33,222 nt of DNA from Actinomycetota bacterium (lineage in GTDB: Bacteria; Actinomycetota; Actinomycetes; JAKEEW01): assembly GCA_046725875.1 (NCBI GenBank), contig JBKOZJ010000057.1, forward strand, positions 1-33,222, written 5' to 3'. The translations under genes were made by a program, and so were the position numbers. The notes below the pieces were generated by a model. It had not been told where the DNA came from. It did no database searches and saw nothing but the letters and a program-made list of their open reading frames with translations. This document shows positions 18,566-28,323 of the stretch, piece by piece. The stretch's first letter is position 1; every line of letters starts with the position of its first letter.

Positions 18566-20839
18566 GTGTCGCTTGCCCTCTACCGCAGGTATCGCCCGGA
18601 GACCTTCGCCGAGGTCATCGGGCAGGAGCATGTGACTGAGCCGTTGCAGCAGGCGATCCGCAACGACCGGGTCCACCACGCCTATCTGTTCAGCGGGCCG
18701 CGCGGCTGCGGCAAGACGACGAGCGCGCGGCTGCTCGCCCGCTGCCTCAACTGCGAGATGGGTCCCACCCCTGAGCCGTGCGGCGTGTGCCAGTCCTGCC
18801 AGGATCTGTCGCGAGCAGGCGCAGGCAGCGTCGACGTAGTCGAGATCGATGCGGCGTCGCATGGCGGCGTGGACGATGCCCGCGATCTCCGCGAGCGAGC
18901 ATTCTTCGCGCCGGCCGTGTCGCGCTACAAGATCTACATCGTCGACGAGGCGCACATGGTGACCACCGCCGGCTTCAACGCCCTCCTCAAGGTGGTGGAG
19001 GAGCCGCCGCCCCACCTGAAGTTCGTCTTCGCGACGACGGAGCCCGATAAGGTCATCCCGACGATCAGGTCGCGCACCCACCACTACCCATTCCGTCTGG
19101 TGCCGCCCAAGGTCATGCGCGACTATCTCGGACAGCTGTGCGAGCGAGAGGGCGTCGCCGTGGAACCTGCGGTGCTCCCGCTGGTCGTCCGCGCGGGCGC
19201 CGGATCGGTGCGCGACGCTTTGTCCGTACTCGACCAGCTGCTCGCCGGTTCCGGTGAGTCCGGGGTCACCTATGCACTGGCGGTGTCGCTGCTCGGCTTC
19301 ACCGATGCGCAGCTTCTCGACGATGTGGTGGACGCGTTCGCGGCCGGCGATGGCGCAGGGGTCTTCCGGGTAGTCGAGCGGGTGATCGAGGGCGGTCACG
19401 ATCCCCGCCGGTTCGCACAGGATCTGCTCGAGCGGCTCCGCGACCTGGTGATCCTTTCGGCGGTGCCGGACGTCGAGTCGAGTGGGCTCATCGACGCACC
19501 CGCCGACCAGCTGGAACGAATGCGGCAGGAGGCCGACCATCTCGGATCCGCAGAACTGACCAGGGCCGCCGACATCATCAACGCGGGCCTCACCGAGATG
19601 CGCGGCGCCACTGCTCCGCGCCTGCAGCTCGAGCTCATCTGCGCCCGCATCCTGCTCCCAGGCGCCGACCAGGATGAGCGAGGCCTTCATGCCCGCATCG
19701 ACCGCCTCGAGCGGGTTCTGGCGCTTGGGTCCAAGCCCGGCCAAGCACCAGCCGCCGGCGCTGCCCCGACATCGAGCGCGGTTCGAGCTCCGGAGACGCC
19801 GAGGTCACCGCGCCCGACGCCAGATGCCGGCCCGAAACGGGCAGCCCAGGCCGACCCACGTGCTGCCTCGGAGGACAGCGCCACTGCGCCGCAGGTGCGC
19901 ACGGACGTGAGCGAGGCAACCGTTCCAGCGGGGCTGGACCTCGCTGGCGTACGAAGGATGTGGCCGGACATCCTCGAGGTCGTCAAGGTGAAGCGCCGGT
20001 TCACTTGGTTGGTCCTGCTCGACCACGTCCAGGTCGTCGGGCTCTCCGACGGCGTTCTGACCGTGGCGTTCGCCAACGAGGGGCAGCGCAGGAACTTCAC
20101 CAGCGGGGGCAGCGACGAAGTGCTGCGCGAGGCCGTATACGAGGTCCTCGGTGCCGACTGGCGCATCGAGGCCGTACACGATCCAGGCCGCGCGGCCCCT
20201 TCAGGGTCCGAGTCCCCGGGTCCGGCCGCTCGGCGAGGCCGGCCCGGGCGATCGGGCTCGATCGGCACAGCGGGCCCGGTCACCAGTCCACCGGGAGTGG
20301 CGGCCGGCAGCTCGACCGATAGCGATAGCCCCGGCACCTCCGGCGAGCCGGGCGCGGGCAATCCGAATGGGGTCGCGGATTCGAGCCCTCGGGCGGCGAG
20401 CCGCGATGCCAGCTCGGAAGGTGGTCCAGCCACGTCAGCTGACAGGACCGGGGGCCCGGGAGGAGGGTCTACTGAATCCCGGACAAGTGCGGCGGCAGCT
20501 TCTCAGCGGGTTCCGGCCGGTGCTGCTTCCGCCACGCTCGGCGAGGTTCAGCCGGTCCCGACGCAGCGGGCAGACGCCAAGTCCGAGAGCGATCAGACGC
20601 TCGAATCGCGCGGGAACAGTCGGGATAACAAGACTTTGCGCGACGGTGGCAAGACCGGGGTCGCGCGACGTAGCGTGCAAGATCAAGACAGGGTGCAGGC
20701 CGGGGGAGCCGTTCATGACCCGGACGCGCAGGCCCATCCCGACGACGAGGATCTGGTCGGCGGCGGGCTCGCCGGCGCGGAGTTGCTCGCCAAGGAGCTA
20801 GGTGCAACGTTGATCGACGAAGTCGACCGGCAGGATTGA
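18566..20839 (+). CDS. dnaX: DNA polymerase III subunit gamma/tau
   Basis: [46 protein letters not shown]-terminal [11 protein letters not shown]. Confidence 0.98.
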   Translation: MSLALYRRYRPETFAEVIGQEHVTEPLQQAIRNDRVHHAYLFSGPRGCGKTTSARLLARCLNCEMGPTPEPCGVCQSCQDLSRAGAGSVDVVEIDAASHGGVDDARDLRERAFFAPAVSRYKIYIVDEAHMVTTAGFNALLKVVEEPPPHLKFVFATTEPDKVIPTIRSRTHHYPFRLVPPKVMRDYLGQLCEREGVAVEPAVLPLVVRAGAGSVRDALSVLDQLLAGSGESGVTYALAVSLLGFTDAQLLDDVVDAFAAGDGAGVFRVVERVIEGGHDPRRFAQDLLERLRDLVILSAVPDVESSGLIDAPADQLERMRQEADHLGSAELTRAADIINAGLTEMRGATAPRLQLELICARILLPGADQDERGLHARIDRLERVLALGSKPGQAPAAGAAPTSSAVRAPETPRSPRPTPDAGPKRAAQADPRAASEDSATAPQVRTDVSEATVPAGLDLAGVRRMWPDILEVVKVKRRFTWLVLLDHVQVVGLSDGVLTVAFANEGQRRNFTSGGSDEVLREAVYEVLGADWRIEAVHDPGRAAPSGSESPGPAARRGRPGRSGSIGTAGPVTSPPGVAAGSSTDSDSPGTSGEPGAGNPNGVADSSPRAASRDASSEGGPATSADRTGGPGGGSTESRTSAAAASQRVPAGAASATLGEVQPVPTQRADAKSESDQTLESRGNSRDNKTLRDGGKTGVARRSVQDQDRVQAGGAVHDPDAQAHPDDEDLVGGGLAGAELLAKELGATLIDEVDRQD

Positions 20840-20846
20840 CGGCGCA

Positions 20847-21446
20847 GTGTACGAAGGCGTCTTGCAAGACCTTGTGGACGAGCTCGGCCGGCTGCCCGGT
20901 ATCGGGCCAAAGGGTGCACAACGCATCGCTTTTTATCTACTCGCCGCGGATCCGGCGGATGTCCGTCGGTTGGTCCACGCACTAAACGAGGTGAAGGAGA
21001 AGATCCGGTTCTGCACAATTTGCGGCAACGTCTCGCAAGAGGACAAGTGCCGCATCTGCCGCGATCCGCGCCGCGACCCGTCGGTCATCTGCGTCGTCGA
21101 GGAACCAAAAGACGTGGTTGCGATCGAGCGAACCCGCGAGTTCCGCGGGCGCTACCACGTGCTCGGCGGCGCTATCAGTCCGATCGACGGCGTGGGGCCG
21201 GACGACCTGCGCATCCGAGAGCTCATGACGAGGCTGGCCGACAGCGACGTCACAGAGGTCATCCTCGCTACGGACCCGAACCTCGAGGGCGAAGCGACCG
21301 CGACATATCTGGCCAGATTGCTGAAGCCGATGGGGTTGCGTATCACGCGCCTAGCTAGTGGACTGCCTGTGGGCGGAGACCTGGAGTATGCAGACGAGGT
21401 GACGTTGGGTCGCGCGTTCGAGGGGAGGCGACTGCTCGATGTCTGA
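20847..21446 (+). CDS. recR: Recombination mediator RecR
   Basis: [14 protein letters not shown]4 zinc finger, [22 protein letters not shown]. Confidence 0.98.
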   Translation: MYEGVLQDLVDELGRLPGIGPKGAQRIAFYLLAADPADVRRLVHALNEVKEKIRFCTICGNVSQEDKCRICRDPRRDPSVICVVEEPKDVVAIERTREFRGRYHVLGGAISPIDGVGPDDLRIRELMTRLADSDVTEVILATDPNLEGEATATYLARLLKPMGLRITRLASGLPVGGDLEYADEVTLGRAFEGRRLLDV

Positions 21447-22062
21447 CAAGGAGCCCGGTGTGCGCTGGCCGGTGCCGGCCGAGGACGACCTGTCCGGCTT
21501 CGCTGCGGAGATCGCCGACCAGGTGCAGAGCTTCCTGATCGCGCTGCGCGAGATCGCGCGCAGCGGGCAGCCGAATGGCGCGGTCCCGCTGCTGCTGCTC
21601 GAGGTGTCCCAGCTGTTGCTGGCCGGCGGTCGGCTCGCGGCGATTAGCGATGTGGTGCCCGAGGAGCGGTTCGAGCCCGATCCGGGCTTCGATCCTGATG
21701 TCGAGGACCTGCGGGTGGCGCTCGCCAAACTGCTCGACCCAATCGATGGCTACATCGAGGTGTTCGACCCTTATGCGGCCGATCCTGCTCCTGAGACATA
21801 CACACTCTCCGACGACCTGGCGCAGATAGCCGTCGACCTCAGCCACGGCCTTGAGCACTACCGGCAGGGCCGAGCGATCGAGGCGCTGTGGTGGTGGCAG
21901 TTCTCTTACTTCTCCAGCTGGGGCGGCCAGGCCGGCGCCGTGGTCCGAGCGCTCCAGTCGGTCGTGGCACACGACCGCATGGACCGCGAGTACGGCAAGG
22001 AGATCGACGAGGAGGATCGCCTTCTCGCCGAAGTAGCCGCCGAAGCCGCCGAGCTCCCCTGA
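21439..22062 (+). CDS. DUF5063-family protein
   Basis: [36 protein letters not shown]; usual actinobacterial position between recR and ask. Confidence 0.85.
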   Translation: MSDKEPGVRWPVPAEDDLSGFAAEIADQVQSFLIALREIARSGQPNGAVPLLLLEVSQLLLAGGRLAAISDVVPEERFEPDPGFDPDVEDLRVALAKLLDPIDGYIEVFDPYAADPAPETYTLSDDLAQIAVDLSHGLEHYRQGRAIEALWWWQFSYFSSWGGQAGAVVRALQSVVAHDRMDREYGKEIDEEDRLLAEVAAEAAELP

Positions 22063-22157
22063 CCCGAGCCGGCCGTCGGCTGAACTCGTGCCCACGGGCG
22101 GCACCTTCAGCTGCTGGAGCGGGCGTCTCGCAGAGCTCCGATTCGAGATTGGCTTGC

Positions 22158-22310
22158 GATCAGGCAGTATGCAGGAACCGTGAGGTTTCAGCGAAACGGG
22201 ATCAAGGATTGTGCCGAGACCGTGACGGATCGGCCGATTCTGTATGGGTTCCGGCACACCGTTTGATCTCTATTGGGTCCAGAATCAGGGTTTCCGCACA
22301 CTGGTTGATC
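22158..22310. repeat. Nested palindromic element (four GATCA...TGC..ACC units, >><<)
   Basis: Outer arms 22158-22183/22285-22310, inner arms 22198-22221/22246-22270, centre ATCGGCCGAT. Confidence 0.7.
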
Positions 22311-22613
22311 ACCCCTACGGTTTGGGGCGTTGATGGCGCCCTAATCTCCTCAGGGCGGTGGCGTCGGCCGAGCAGGCGCCCGCGACATCGGGCATCGCTG
22401 CGGTCCGGAAGCTGCGGGCCAGGTCTCGGGATGTGAATGCGTTCAGGCGCCGTCGAGGCTCTCGTTAGACTCTGCGGGCGAAACGGCGCGGCCGCGCCGA
22501 GCGTCGTTTATGTCGACGTCCTTGTCAGGTCTCGAATGAACGGAACGTGCCGACCGGTCGTGAGGTTTGCCCGACCCCGATTGCAAGCCGTCGATGGTAA
22601 CGATGGAGTGGAT

Positions 22614-23939
22614 GTGGCCCGAGTCGTGCAGAAGTACGGCGGCTCCTCGGTAGCCGACGCCGACTCCATCAAGCGGGTCGCCAAGCGGATCGTCGAGACG
22701 AAGAAGGCCGGAAACGAAGTCGTCGTGGTCGTCTCGGCAATGGGGGACACCACCGACGAGTTAATCGAGCTGGCGACGGCGGTCTCCCCCCTGCCGGCCG
22801 GCCGCGAGCTCGACATGCTGCTGACGGCCGGCGAGCGGATCTCGATGGCGCTCCTTGCGATGGCGATCGGCAATCTGGGTCACGAGGCGCGGTCATTCAC
22901 CGGCAGCCAGGCCGGGGTCATCACGACGTCGGTGCACGGCAAGGCGAAGATCATCGACGTCACTCCGGGCCGGATCGAGCGGGCCCTCGCCGACGGCGCG
23001 ATCGCCATCGTCGCCGGCTTCCAGGGCGTCTCGCAGGACACAAAGGACATCACCACGCTCGGCCGGGGTGGGTCGGATACGACCGCGGTCGCCCTGGCCG
23101 CGGCGCTCCACGCCTCGGTGTGCGAGATCTATACCGATGTCGACGGGATCTTCACCGCGGATCCGCGGCTCGTACCAACCGCTCGGCGCATTGCCCGAAT
23201 CACGTATGAAGAGATGCTAGAGATGGCGGCCTGCGGCGCGAAGGTGCTGAACCTGCGGTGCGTGGAGTACGCGCGGCGGTTCGGCGTCCCGATCCACGTA
23301 CGGGCGTCCTTCAGCCAGCGGGCCGGGACCTGGGTGACCGACCTGAACACGACGGCGGAGCTCGAATCGGTGGTGCTGCCCGGAGCTTCGGTGAGCGCGG
23401 CAGCCGAAGGGGAAGAGATGGAACAGGCGATCATTTCCGGAGTCGCGCACGACCGGAGCGAGGCGAAGATCACGGTCCTCGGCGTGCCTGACAAACCTGG
23501 CGAAGCCGCTGCGATCTTCCGTGCCATTGCCGAGGCCGAAATCAACATCGACATGATCGTCCAGAACGTCTCGACTGCCTCGACCGGCCGGACGGACATC
23601 TCATTCACTCTGCCGAAGGACGACGGGCCGACGGCGATGTCCGTGCTCTCGGCGGTCCAGGGTGAGATCGGCATCCAGGGCCTCCAGTACGACGACCAGG
23701 TGGGGAAGGTGTCGTTGATCGGTGCTGGCATGCGCACTCATCCGGGCGTGACGGCACGGTTCTTCTCGGCCCTCGCAGATGCCGGCGTCAACATCGAGCT
23801 GATCTCGACCTCCGAGATTCGCATCTCGGTCCTGTGCCGCGCCGACCAGGTGCCCGATGCGGTCGCCGCCACCCATCGCGCCTTCGACCTGGACTCGACT
23901 CAAGAGATCGCGACTGTGTACGGAGGAACCGGGCGATGA
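22614..23939 (+). CDS. lysC: Aspartate kinase alpha subunit
   Basis: True start GTG 22614 after [28 protein letters not shown], two ACT domains; TAGACT -10 at 22466-22471. Confidence 0.97.
   Translation: MARVVQKYGGSSVADADSIKRVAKRIVETKKAGNEVVVVVSAMGDTTDELIELATAVSPLPAGRELDMLLTAGERISMALLAMAIGNLGHEARSFTGSQAGVITTSVHGKAKIIDVTPGRIERALADGAIAIVAGFQGVSQDTKDITTLGRGGSDTTAVALAAALHASVCEIYTDVDGIFTADPRLVPTARRIARITYEEMLEMAACGAKVLNLRCVEYARRFGVPIHVRASFSQRAGTWVTDLNTTAELESVVLPGASVSAAAEGEEMEQAIISGVAHDRSEAKITVLGVPDKPGEAAAIFRAIAEAEINIDMIVQNVSTASTGRTDISFTLPKDDGPTAMSVLSAVQGEIGIQGLQYDDQVGKVSLIGAGMRTHPGVTARFFSALADAGVNIELISTSEIRISVLCRADQVPDAVAATHRAFDLDSTQEIATVYGGTGR
23418..23939 (+). CDS. Aspartate kinase beta subunit (nested in-frame start)
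   Basis: GAAGGGGAAGAG then [15 protein letters not shown], matching the internal start known for actinobacterial ask. Confidence 0.75.
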   Translation: MEQAIISGVAHDRSEAKITVLGVPDKPGEAAAIFRAIAEAEINIDMIVQNVSTASTGRTDISFTLPKDDGPTAMSVLSAVQGEIGIQGLQYDDQVGKVSLIGAGMRTHPGVTARFFSALADAGVNIELISTSEIRISVLCRADQVPDAVAATHRAFDLDSTQEIATVYGGTGR

Positions 23940-25021
23940 TCCCACCCAAACGGGGCAGTTCGGACAAGCCGAGCCTCGCGGTCGTCGGTGCGACGGGGGC
24001 GGTCGGCACCGTGATGCTGGAGCTGCTCTCGACCCGCGACGACGTCTGGGGTGAGATCAGGCTGGTCGCGTCGCCTCGGTCGGCCGGCCGGCGGCTGACG
24101 GTCCGCGGCGGGCAAACCGAGGTGCTGGCGCTCGAGGAGGACGTCTTCGGCGGCATGGACGTCGCAATGTTCGACGTGCCGGACGAGGTATCGGCGCACT
24201 GGGCGCCGGCCGCCGTCGGTCGGGGGACGGTCGTGGTGGACAACTCGGCTGCTTTCCGGATGGACCCCGACGTCCCGCTGGTGGTGCCTGAAGTGAATTC
24301 GCACGCCGCCCGTCTGCGGCCCCGCGGCATCATCGCCAACCCCAATTGCACAACCTTGTCGATGATCGTCGCGGTTGGGGCGCTGCATCACGAATATGGG
24401 CTGGCGTCCCTGGTGGTCGCGTCGTACCAGGCTTCATCCGGGGTCGGGCAGGCCGGGATCGAGACGCTCCGTGACCAGCTCGCGAAGGTCGCTGGATCGG
24501 CGACGCTCGGCACCCAGCCGGGGGACTTGCGACCCGCCGTTGGCGATTTCGGCCCATTCGGCGCACCGCTCGCTCTCAACGTCATCCCGTGGGCCGGCTC
24601 GCTGCGCGACCACGGCTGGTCTTCGGAGGAGATGAAGGTACGTAACGAGTCGCGAAAGATCCTCGGCCTGCCCAAGCTGCCGGTCGCCGTGACGTGCGTA
24701 CGAGTCCCGGTCATCACGACCCATTCGCTGGCCGTACACGCGACCTTCGAGCGCAAGGTGACTTCCGAGCACGCCAGGGAGATCCTGCGCGATGCGCCGG
24801 GCATCGTCGTTGCCGATGACCCCTCCAACGGCGAGTGGCCGACGCCGGCAGATGTGGTCGGGACGGATCCGACCTGGGTCGGCCGGATCCGACGATCCCT
24901 GGACGACCCACGGTCGCTGGACTTCTTCGTCTGCGGCGACAACCTCCGCAAGGGCGCGGCCCTCAACACCGCGCAGATCGCGGAGCTTGTCGCCGCCGAC
25001 ATCACCGCCGCCCGCGCCTGA
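23936..25021 (+). CDS. asd: Aspartate-semialdehyde dehydrogenase
   Basis: ATGA overlap with ask; [36 protein letters not shown]. Confidence 0.97.
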   Translation: MIPPKRGSSDKPSLAVVGATGAVGTVMLELLSTRDDVWGEIRLVASPRSAGRRLTVRGGQTEVLALEEDVFGGMDVAMFDVPDEVSAHWAPAAVGRGTVVVDNSAAFRMDPDVPLVVPEVNSHAARLRPRGIIANPNCTTLSMIVAVGALHHEYGLASLVVASYQASSGVGQAGIETLRDQLAKVAGSATLGTQPGDLRPAVGDFGPFGAPLALNVIPWAGSLRDHGWSSEEMKVRNESRKILGLPKLPVAVTCVRVPVITTHSLAVHATFERKVTSEHAREILRDAPGIVVADDPSNGEWPTPADVVGTDPTWVGRIRRSLDDPRSLDFFVCGDNLRKGAALNTAQIAELVAADITAARA

Positions 25022-25035
25022 CTCGCCCCTTTGGC

Positions 25036-25267
25036 ATGAATGTGCCGTTGGCTCGATAGGTTCGAGCCAACGGCACATTCATCGCTGGTCGGTTCGTACC
25101 AATGTGCCGTCCGCTCGAACCCGTGGAGTCGACTGATGGCTGAAACGTGCTTGGTTCGAGCCAACGGGACATTGTTGCGAAAACTCGGCAGATGAATGTG
25201 CCGTTCGCTCGATAGGTTCGAGTCAACGGCACATTCATGCCGCCGGGTTTGAATCAGCGGCACATTG
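25036..25267. repeat. REP/BIME-like cluster of AATGTGCCGTT palindromic units
   Basis: Perfect 21-bp hairpin 25036-25082; near copy 25192-25238; split pair 25100-25121/25153-25174; half copy 25246-25267. Confidence 0.9.
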
Positions 25268-25331
25268 ATTCGACGGAGTGCCGGCCGAGGTGCCTGATGC
25301 AGTGCCGAGGACGGCCGCGAAGGGGAACACG

Positions 25332-26501
25332 GTGGCCGGGCAGGACGAGCGAGCCGAGGCTGCGGCCGACGAGGCGGCCTACGACGAGGCGGCCTACGAC
25401 GAGGCGGCCTACGACGAGGAAGAGCAGCGGGTCACGACGCTGGAACTCTTCTTCGACCTGGTCTTCGTCTTCACACTGACGCAGCTCACCGCCCTTCTAA
25501 CTAACGATCTGACCGGCGAGGGCATGGCTCGGGTCGTGCTGATCTTCGCCGTCCTGTGGTGGATGTACGCCGCCTACGCGTGGCTCACCAACCAGGTCCC
25601 TCCGGTCCGGGCAAACCGACAGATCACGCTCATCGGCGGCATGGCCGCCTTCCTGGTCTGCGCGTTGGCGATCCCGCGCACGTTCGACGACGGTGGTGTC
25701 GCCTTCGGGATCGGATACCTCTTCGTCGTCCTCGTCCACGGGGTCCTGTATGCACAGGCGCTGCCGATCGGGACTTTGCTGAGGTTCGTCCCCTTCAACG
25801 TCGTGTCCGCGCTCCTCATCATCGGTGCAGGGCTGGTCGATGCGTCCGGGCCTAAGTACGGCCTGTGGGTCACAGCAGTCCTGCTGGAGTTCTGCACGCC
25901 GTACATCTTTCGCCCGACTGAGCAGGTCAACGTCCACACGGCACATTTCGTCGAGCGGCACGGCCTGCTGCTGATCGTCGCGTTCGGCGAGTCGATCGTG
26001 GCCATCGGCATCGGCACCAACACCCTGCCCTTCAACGCCTCCTTCTTCGGCGCCGCGCTGCTCGGGCTCGCGCTCGTTGCGATGCTGTGGTGGGCGTACT
26101 TCGGCGACGACGACGCCGGCGCGGAGCGTGCTCTCGCCGCCGAGCCATGGGCGCGGCGCGGCCGGCTAGCCATCCGGGCGTACTATCAGGCCTTCGCGCT
26201 CATGCTCCTCGGAGTGATCGTCCTCGCCGCGGGCGTTAAGAAGGCACTGGGTCACATAGACGACGAGCTCGACGCCCCGACCGCGCTCGCGCTCGGCGGG
26301 GGCGGGGCGCTCTATCTGCTCGGCGACGTGGTGTTTCGGACGGCACTGCGGATACTGCCGATCCCGCCGCGCGCCATCGCCGCCGTACTCGCCGTAGCTA
26401 CGATCCCGATTGGCGTGTACGTGAACGGAGCGCTGCAGTTCGCCGCCCTCATTGCGGTCGTCGGCCTGGCCCTGCTGGCAGAGTTCCGCTGGCGTCGGTG
26501 A
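25332..26501 (+). CDS. ltrA: Low temperature requirement protein A family membrane protein
   Basis: RVTTLELFFDLVFVF, HFVERHGLLLIVAFGESIVAIG; start GTG 25332 after AAGGGGAA (ORF track starts 25278). Confidence 0.92.
   Translation: MAGQDERAEAAADEAAYDEAAYDEAAYDEEEQRVTTLELFFDLVFVFTLTQLTALLTNDLTGEGMARVVLIFAVLWWMYAAYAWLTNQVPPVRANRQITLIGGMAAFLVCALAIPRTFDDGGVAFGIGYLFVVLVHGVLYAQALPIGTLLRFVPFNVVSALLIIGAGLVDASGPKYGLWVTAVLLEFCTPYIFRPTEQVNVHTAHFVERHGLLLIVAFGESIVAIGIGTNTLPFNASFFGAALLGLALVAMLWWAYFGDDDAGAERALAAEPWARRGRLAIRAYYQAFALMLLGVIVLAAGVKKALGHIDDELDAPTALALGGGGALYLLGDVVFRTALRILPIPPRAIAAVLAVATIPIGVYVNGALQFAALIAVVGLALLAEFRWRR
25368..25419 (+). repeat. In-frame 15-bp tandem repeat x3.5 (DEAAY)
   Basis: GACGAGGCGGCCTAC at 25368, 25383, 25398 plus partial. 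Confidence 0.95.
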
Positions 26502-26591
26502 CCGAACGGTATCGCTGGCAGTTGGCAGGCTCAGCTCAGCCGTCGCCAACGTTTGCGTCGCCGACGGTAGCGCGGCCGGTGGTGGAGACGA

Positions 26592-27152
26592 TCAGCCAAT
26601 GGTGGGTAGCCCGATGTCGACCTCGACCTCCACCTCATCCCTCAGCCGGAGCGCGCCGAAGAATGCTGAGTACGGCTTGATCCCCCACTCGGTCTGCTTG
26701 ACGATTGCGGCTCCGTGGACGCGACCATCAGCGGTCACCGTACAACGGACGATGGCCGGTCGAGTGACACCGACGATCGTGAGATCACCCTCGATCACGA
26801 AGGCGTCGGGCGTCCCGCTGACCCGGGTCGATCGGAACGAGATCTCCGGGTGTCTCGCCAGATCGAGGACCTGCTCCCTGATCGCCGTCTTGATCGTGGC
26901 GCGATCGCTTGCGGTCAGTGGCTTCACCCCGCCCGTGCCGCTGATGACCTCGAAGGAGTTGGCATCGATGTCGACCGCCACCGACGAGTTCGCCGGGTTA
27001 GCTTCGTCGACAACGGCGATGCCTTCCCACCGCGTCGCCTCGATGGTGAGGTCGTGGCCTGCCCTGGCGCCCAATCCGGTCCGACTGGTCCTTACCAGAA
27101 GCTGCCCGGATCCGCGATCGAGCCGGTGCATACCGTCCGCCAAAGCGACCAT
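26592..27152 (-). CDS. YceI-family protein
   Basis: AGHDLTIEA, VLDLARHPEISFRST, IEGDLTIVGVTRP, WGIKPYSAFFGALRLRDEV. Confidence 0.9.
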   Translation of the reverse strand: MVALADGMHRLDRGSGQLLVRTSRTGLGARAGHDLTIEATRWEGIAVVDEANPANSSVAVDIDANSFEVISGTGGVKPLTASDRATIKTAIREQVLDLARHPEISFRSTRVSGTPDAFVIEGDLTIVGVTRPAIVRCTVTADGRVHGAAIVKQTEWGIKPYSAFFGALRLRDEVEVEVDIGLPTIG

Positions 27153-27273
27153 TCGCCCTGCTTAGCACAAGATCATGCGGGTAATCACTCGATGCCACAA
27201 CAGGTAGTGACACCGGCACCGGTCAGAGCTACCGTGCGAAACATCTAGGGCGGTCTTCGATGGGGGAGGATTC

Positions 27274-27435
27274 GTGAAGCGAGGAATCGCCGCAGTCGTC
27301 GCAAGCGTGGCGTTGCCGACGGGCCGCAACTCGGTTCCGGCGTTTGCGGATGCGGGAGGCGGACCTGGCGGCAACGCCGGGTGTCCCGGGCATCAGCCGC
27401 CGCCGCCGCCCGCGGGCGGGTGCCATCACCCCTAG
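27274..27435 (+). CDS. Small putative secreted peptide (53 aa), not in ORF track
   Basis: GGGGGAGG RBS; MKRGIAAVVASVALPTGRNSVPAFADAGGGPGGNAGCPGHQPPPPPAGGCHHP*; followed by a strong hairpin. Confidence 0.6.
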   Translation: MKRGIAAVVASVALPTGRNSVPAFADAGGGPGGNAGCPGHQPPPPPAGGCHHP

Positions 27436-27457
27436 TTCGTAGATGCCGTTCAGCGAA

Positions 27458-27492
27458 GCCGAGCCCCGCACTCGTCCTGTGCGGGGCTCGGC
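27458..27492. terminator. Perfect 14-bp hairpin, probable bidirectional terminator
   Basis: GCCGAGCCCCGCAC-N7-GTGCGGGGCTCGGC. Confidence 0.75.
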
Positions 27493-27569
27493 CTCCTTCG
27501 GTAATCCCGGCTCTGCCTGGCGCTTGCCGCTACGTTCCGCGCTCGACGCTGCTTGGTCGCGGGGTTGCG

Positions 27570-28193
27570 CTAGGCGGAAGCCGCAAGCTCGACCGGCTCC
27601 GGCGCGATCTCGATGAGCTTCTCGAGCAATTCACGGTCACCCGTGACCGAGACGAGGTCAAGCCGTCGATCCACGAACATGTGGTAAACGCCGGTCGGGT
27701 CTCCCTCGACGACAACGTCGGGGCTTTCGACCGGTCCCGGTTGTGCCCGGCCGTCCACGATCGATGCCACCTCGTCACCGACCCGAAACTCGAACCGGCC
27801 GGGTGGCGCGCTCGAGGCGAGGACGACGTCCATCGCGTTGTACAGCCAGCCCGGGAAAAGCTCATCCTCGTGGGTGGGAGGGCCGAGCGAGCGCGCCCCC
27901 CACAAAGCCAGCTCCCGGATTACCGTCCGTAGGTCACTCCCGTACTCAGTTAGCTCGTACACCCGGGAGGCCGCCGGCGGGGGCAACGTCTTCTTCGTGA
28001 TGATGCCCGCGGCCTCGAGCTGGCGCAGCCGGGCGGCGAGGATGTTGGTCCCGATGCCGGGAAGATTGTCGGCGAGGTCGGTGTAGCGCTTCGGGCCGTG
28101 GATCAGCTCCCGCACGAGGAGCAGCGCCCACCGGTCGCCCACGAGATCGAGCGCGTGGGCGACGGGACAGTACTGGTCATATCCCCTGCGCAT
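27570..28193 (-). CDS. HxlR-family winged-helix regulator with C-terminal SCP2-like domain
   Basis: MRRGYDQYCPVAHALDLVGDRWALLLVRELIHGPKRYTDL; TATACT -10 six nt upstream suggests leaderless start at 28193. Confidence 0.92.
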   Translation of the reverse strand: MRRGYDQYCPVAHALDLVGDRWALLLVRELIHGPKRYTDLADNLPGIGTNILAARLRQLEAAGIITKKTLPPPAASRVYELTEYGSDLRTVIRELALWGARSLGPPTHEDELFPGWLYNAMDVVLASSAPPGRFEFRVGDEVASIVDGRAQPGPVESPDVVVEGDPTGVYHMFVDRRLDLVSVTGDRELLEKLIEIAPEPVELAASA

Positions 28194-28199
28194 GGGTGC

Positions 28200-28290
28200 A
28201 GTATAGCGCATTGCTTGCTGATGTGAACTAGCCACTTGCAATTCCGAAGTAGAGGCTGTTAGGTTGCCAGTTAGCTCTACTAACTTGCAA
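28200..28290. promoter_or_regulatory. Divergent promoters and candidate HxlR operator
   Basis: TATACT (minus, 28200-28205); TTGCAA-N18-TAGGTT (plus, 28236-28265); ACTT-N9-AAGT dyad at 28234-28250; ACTTGCAA repeated at 28234 and 28283. Confidence 0.55.
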
Positions 28291-28323
28291 GCACGTCGTG
28301 GAAACGAAAGCAGAGGGGCCGAC

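Noticed and set aside
18566..20839. Programmed frameshift producing DnaX gamma
   Set aside because: No A-AAA-AAG slippery site or poly-A run found
22472..22613. Lysine riboswitch or leader peptide for ask
   Set aside because: No L-box consensus or Lys/Thr/Met-rich leader ORF seen
22437..22613. N-terminal extensions given by the ORF track for ask (also asd 23834, MFS 28264, HxlR 28400, CMD 4226)
   Set aside because: Family homology and RBS or -10 positions place the real starts downstream
25036..25267. CRISPR array
   Set aside because: Units alternate in orientation, spacers are irregular, and no cas genes are present
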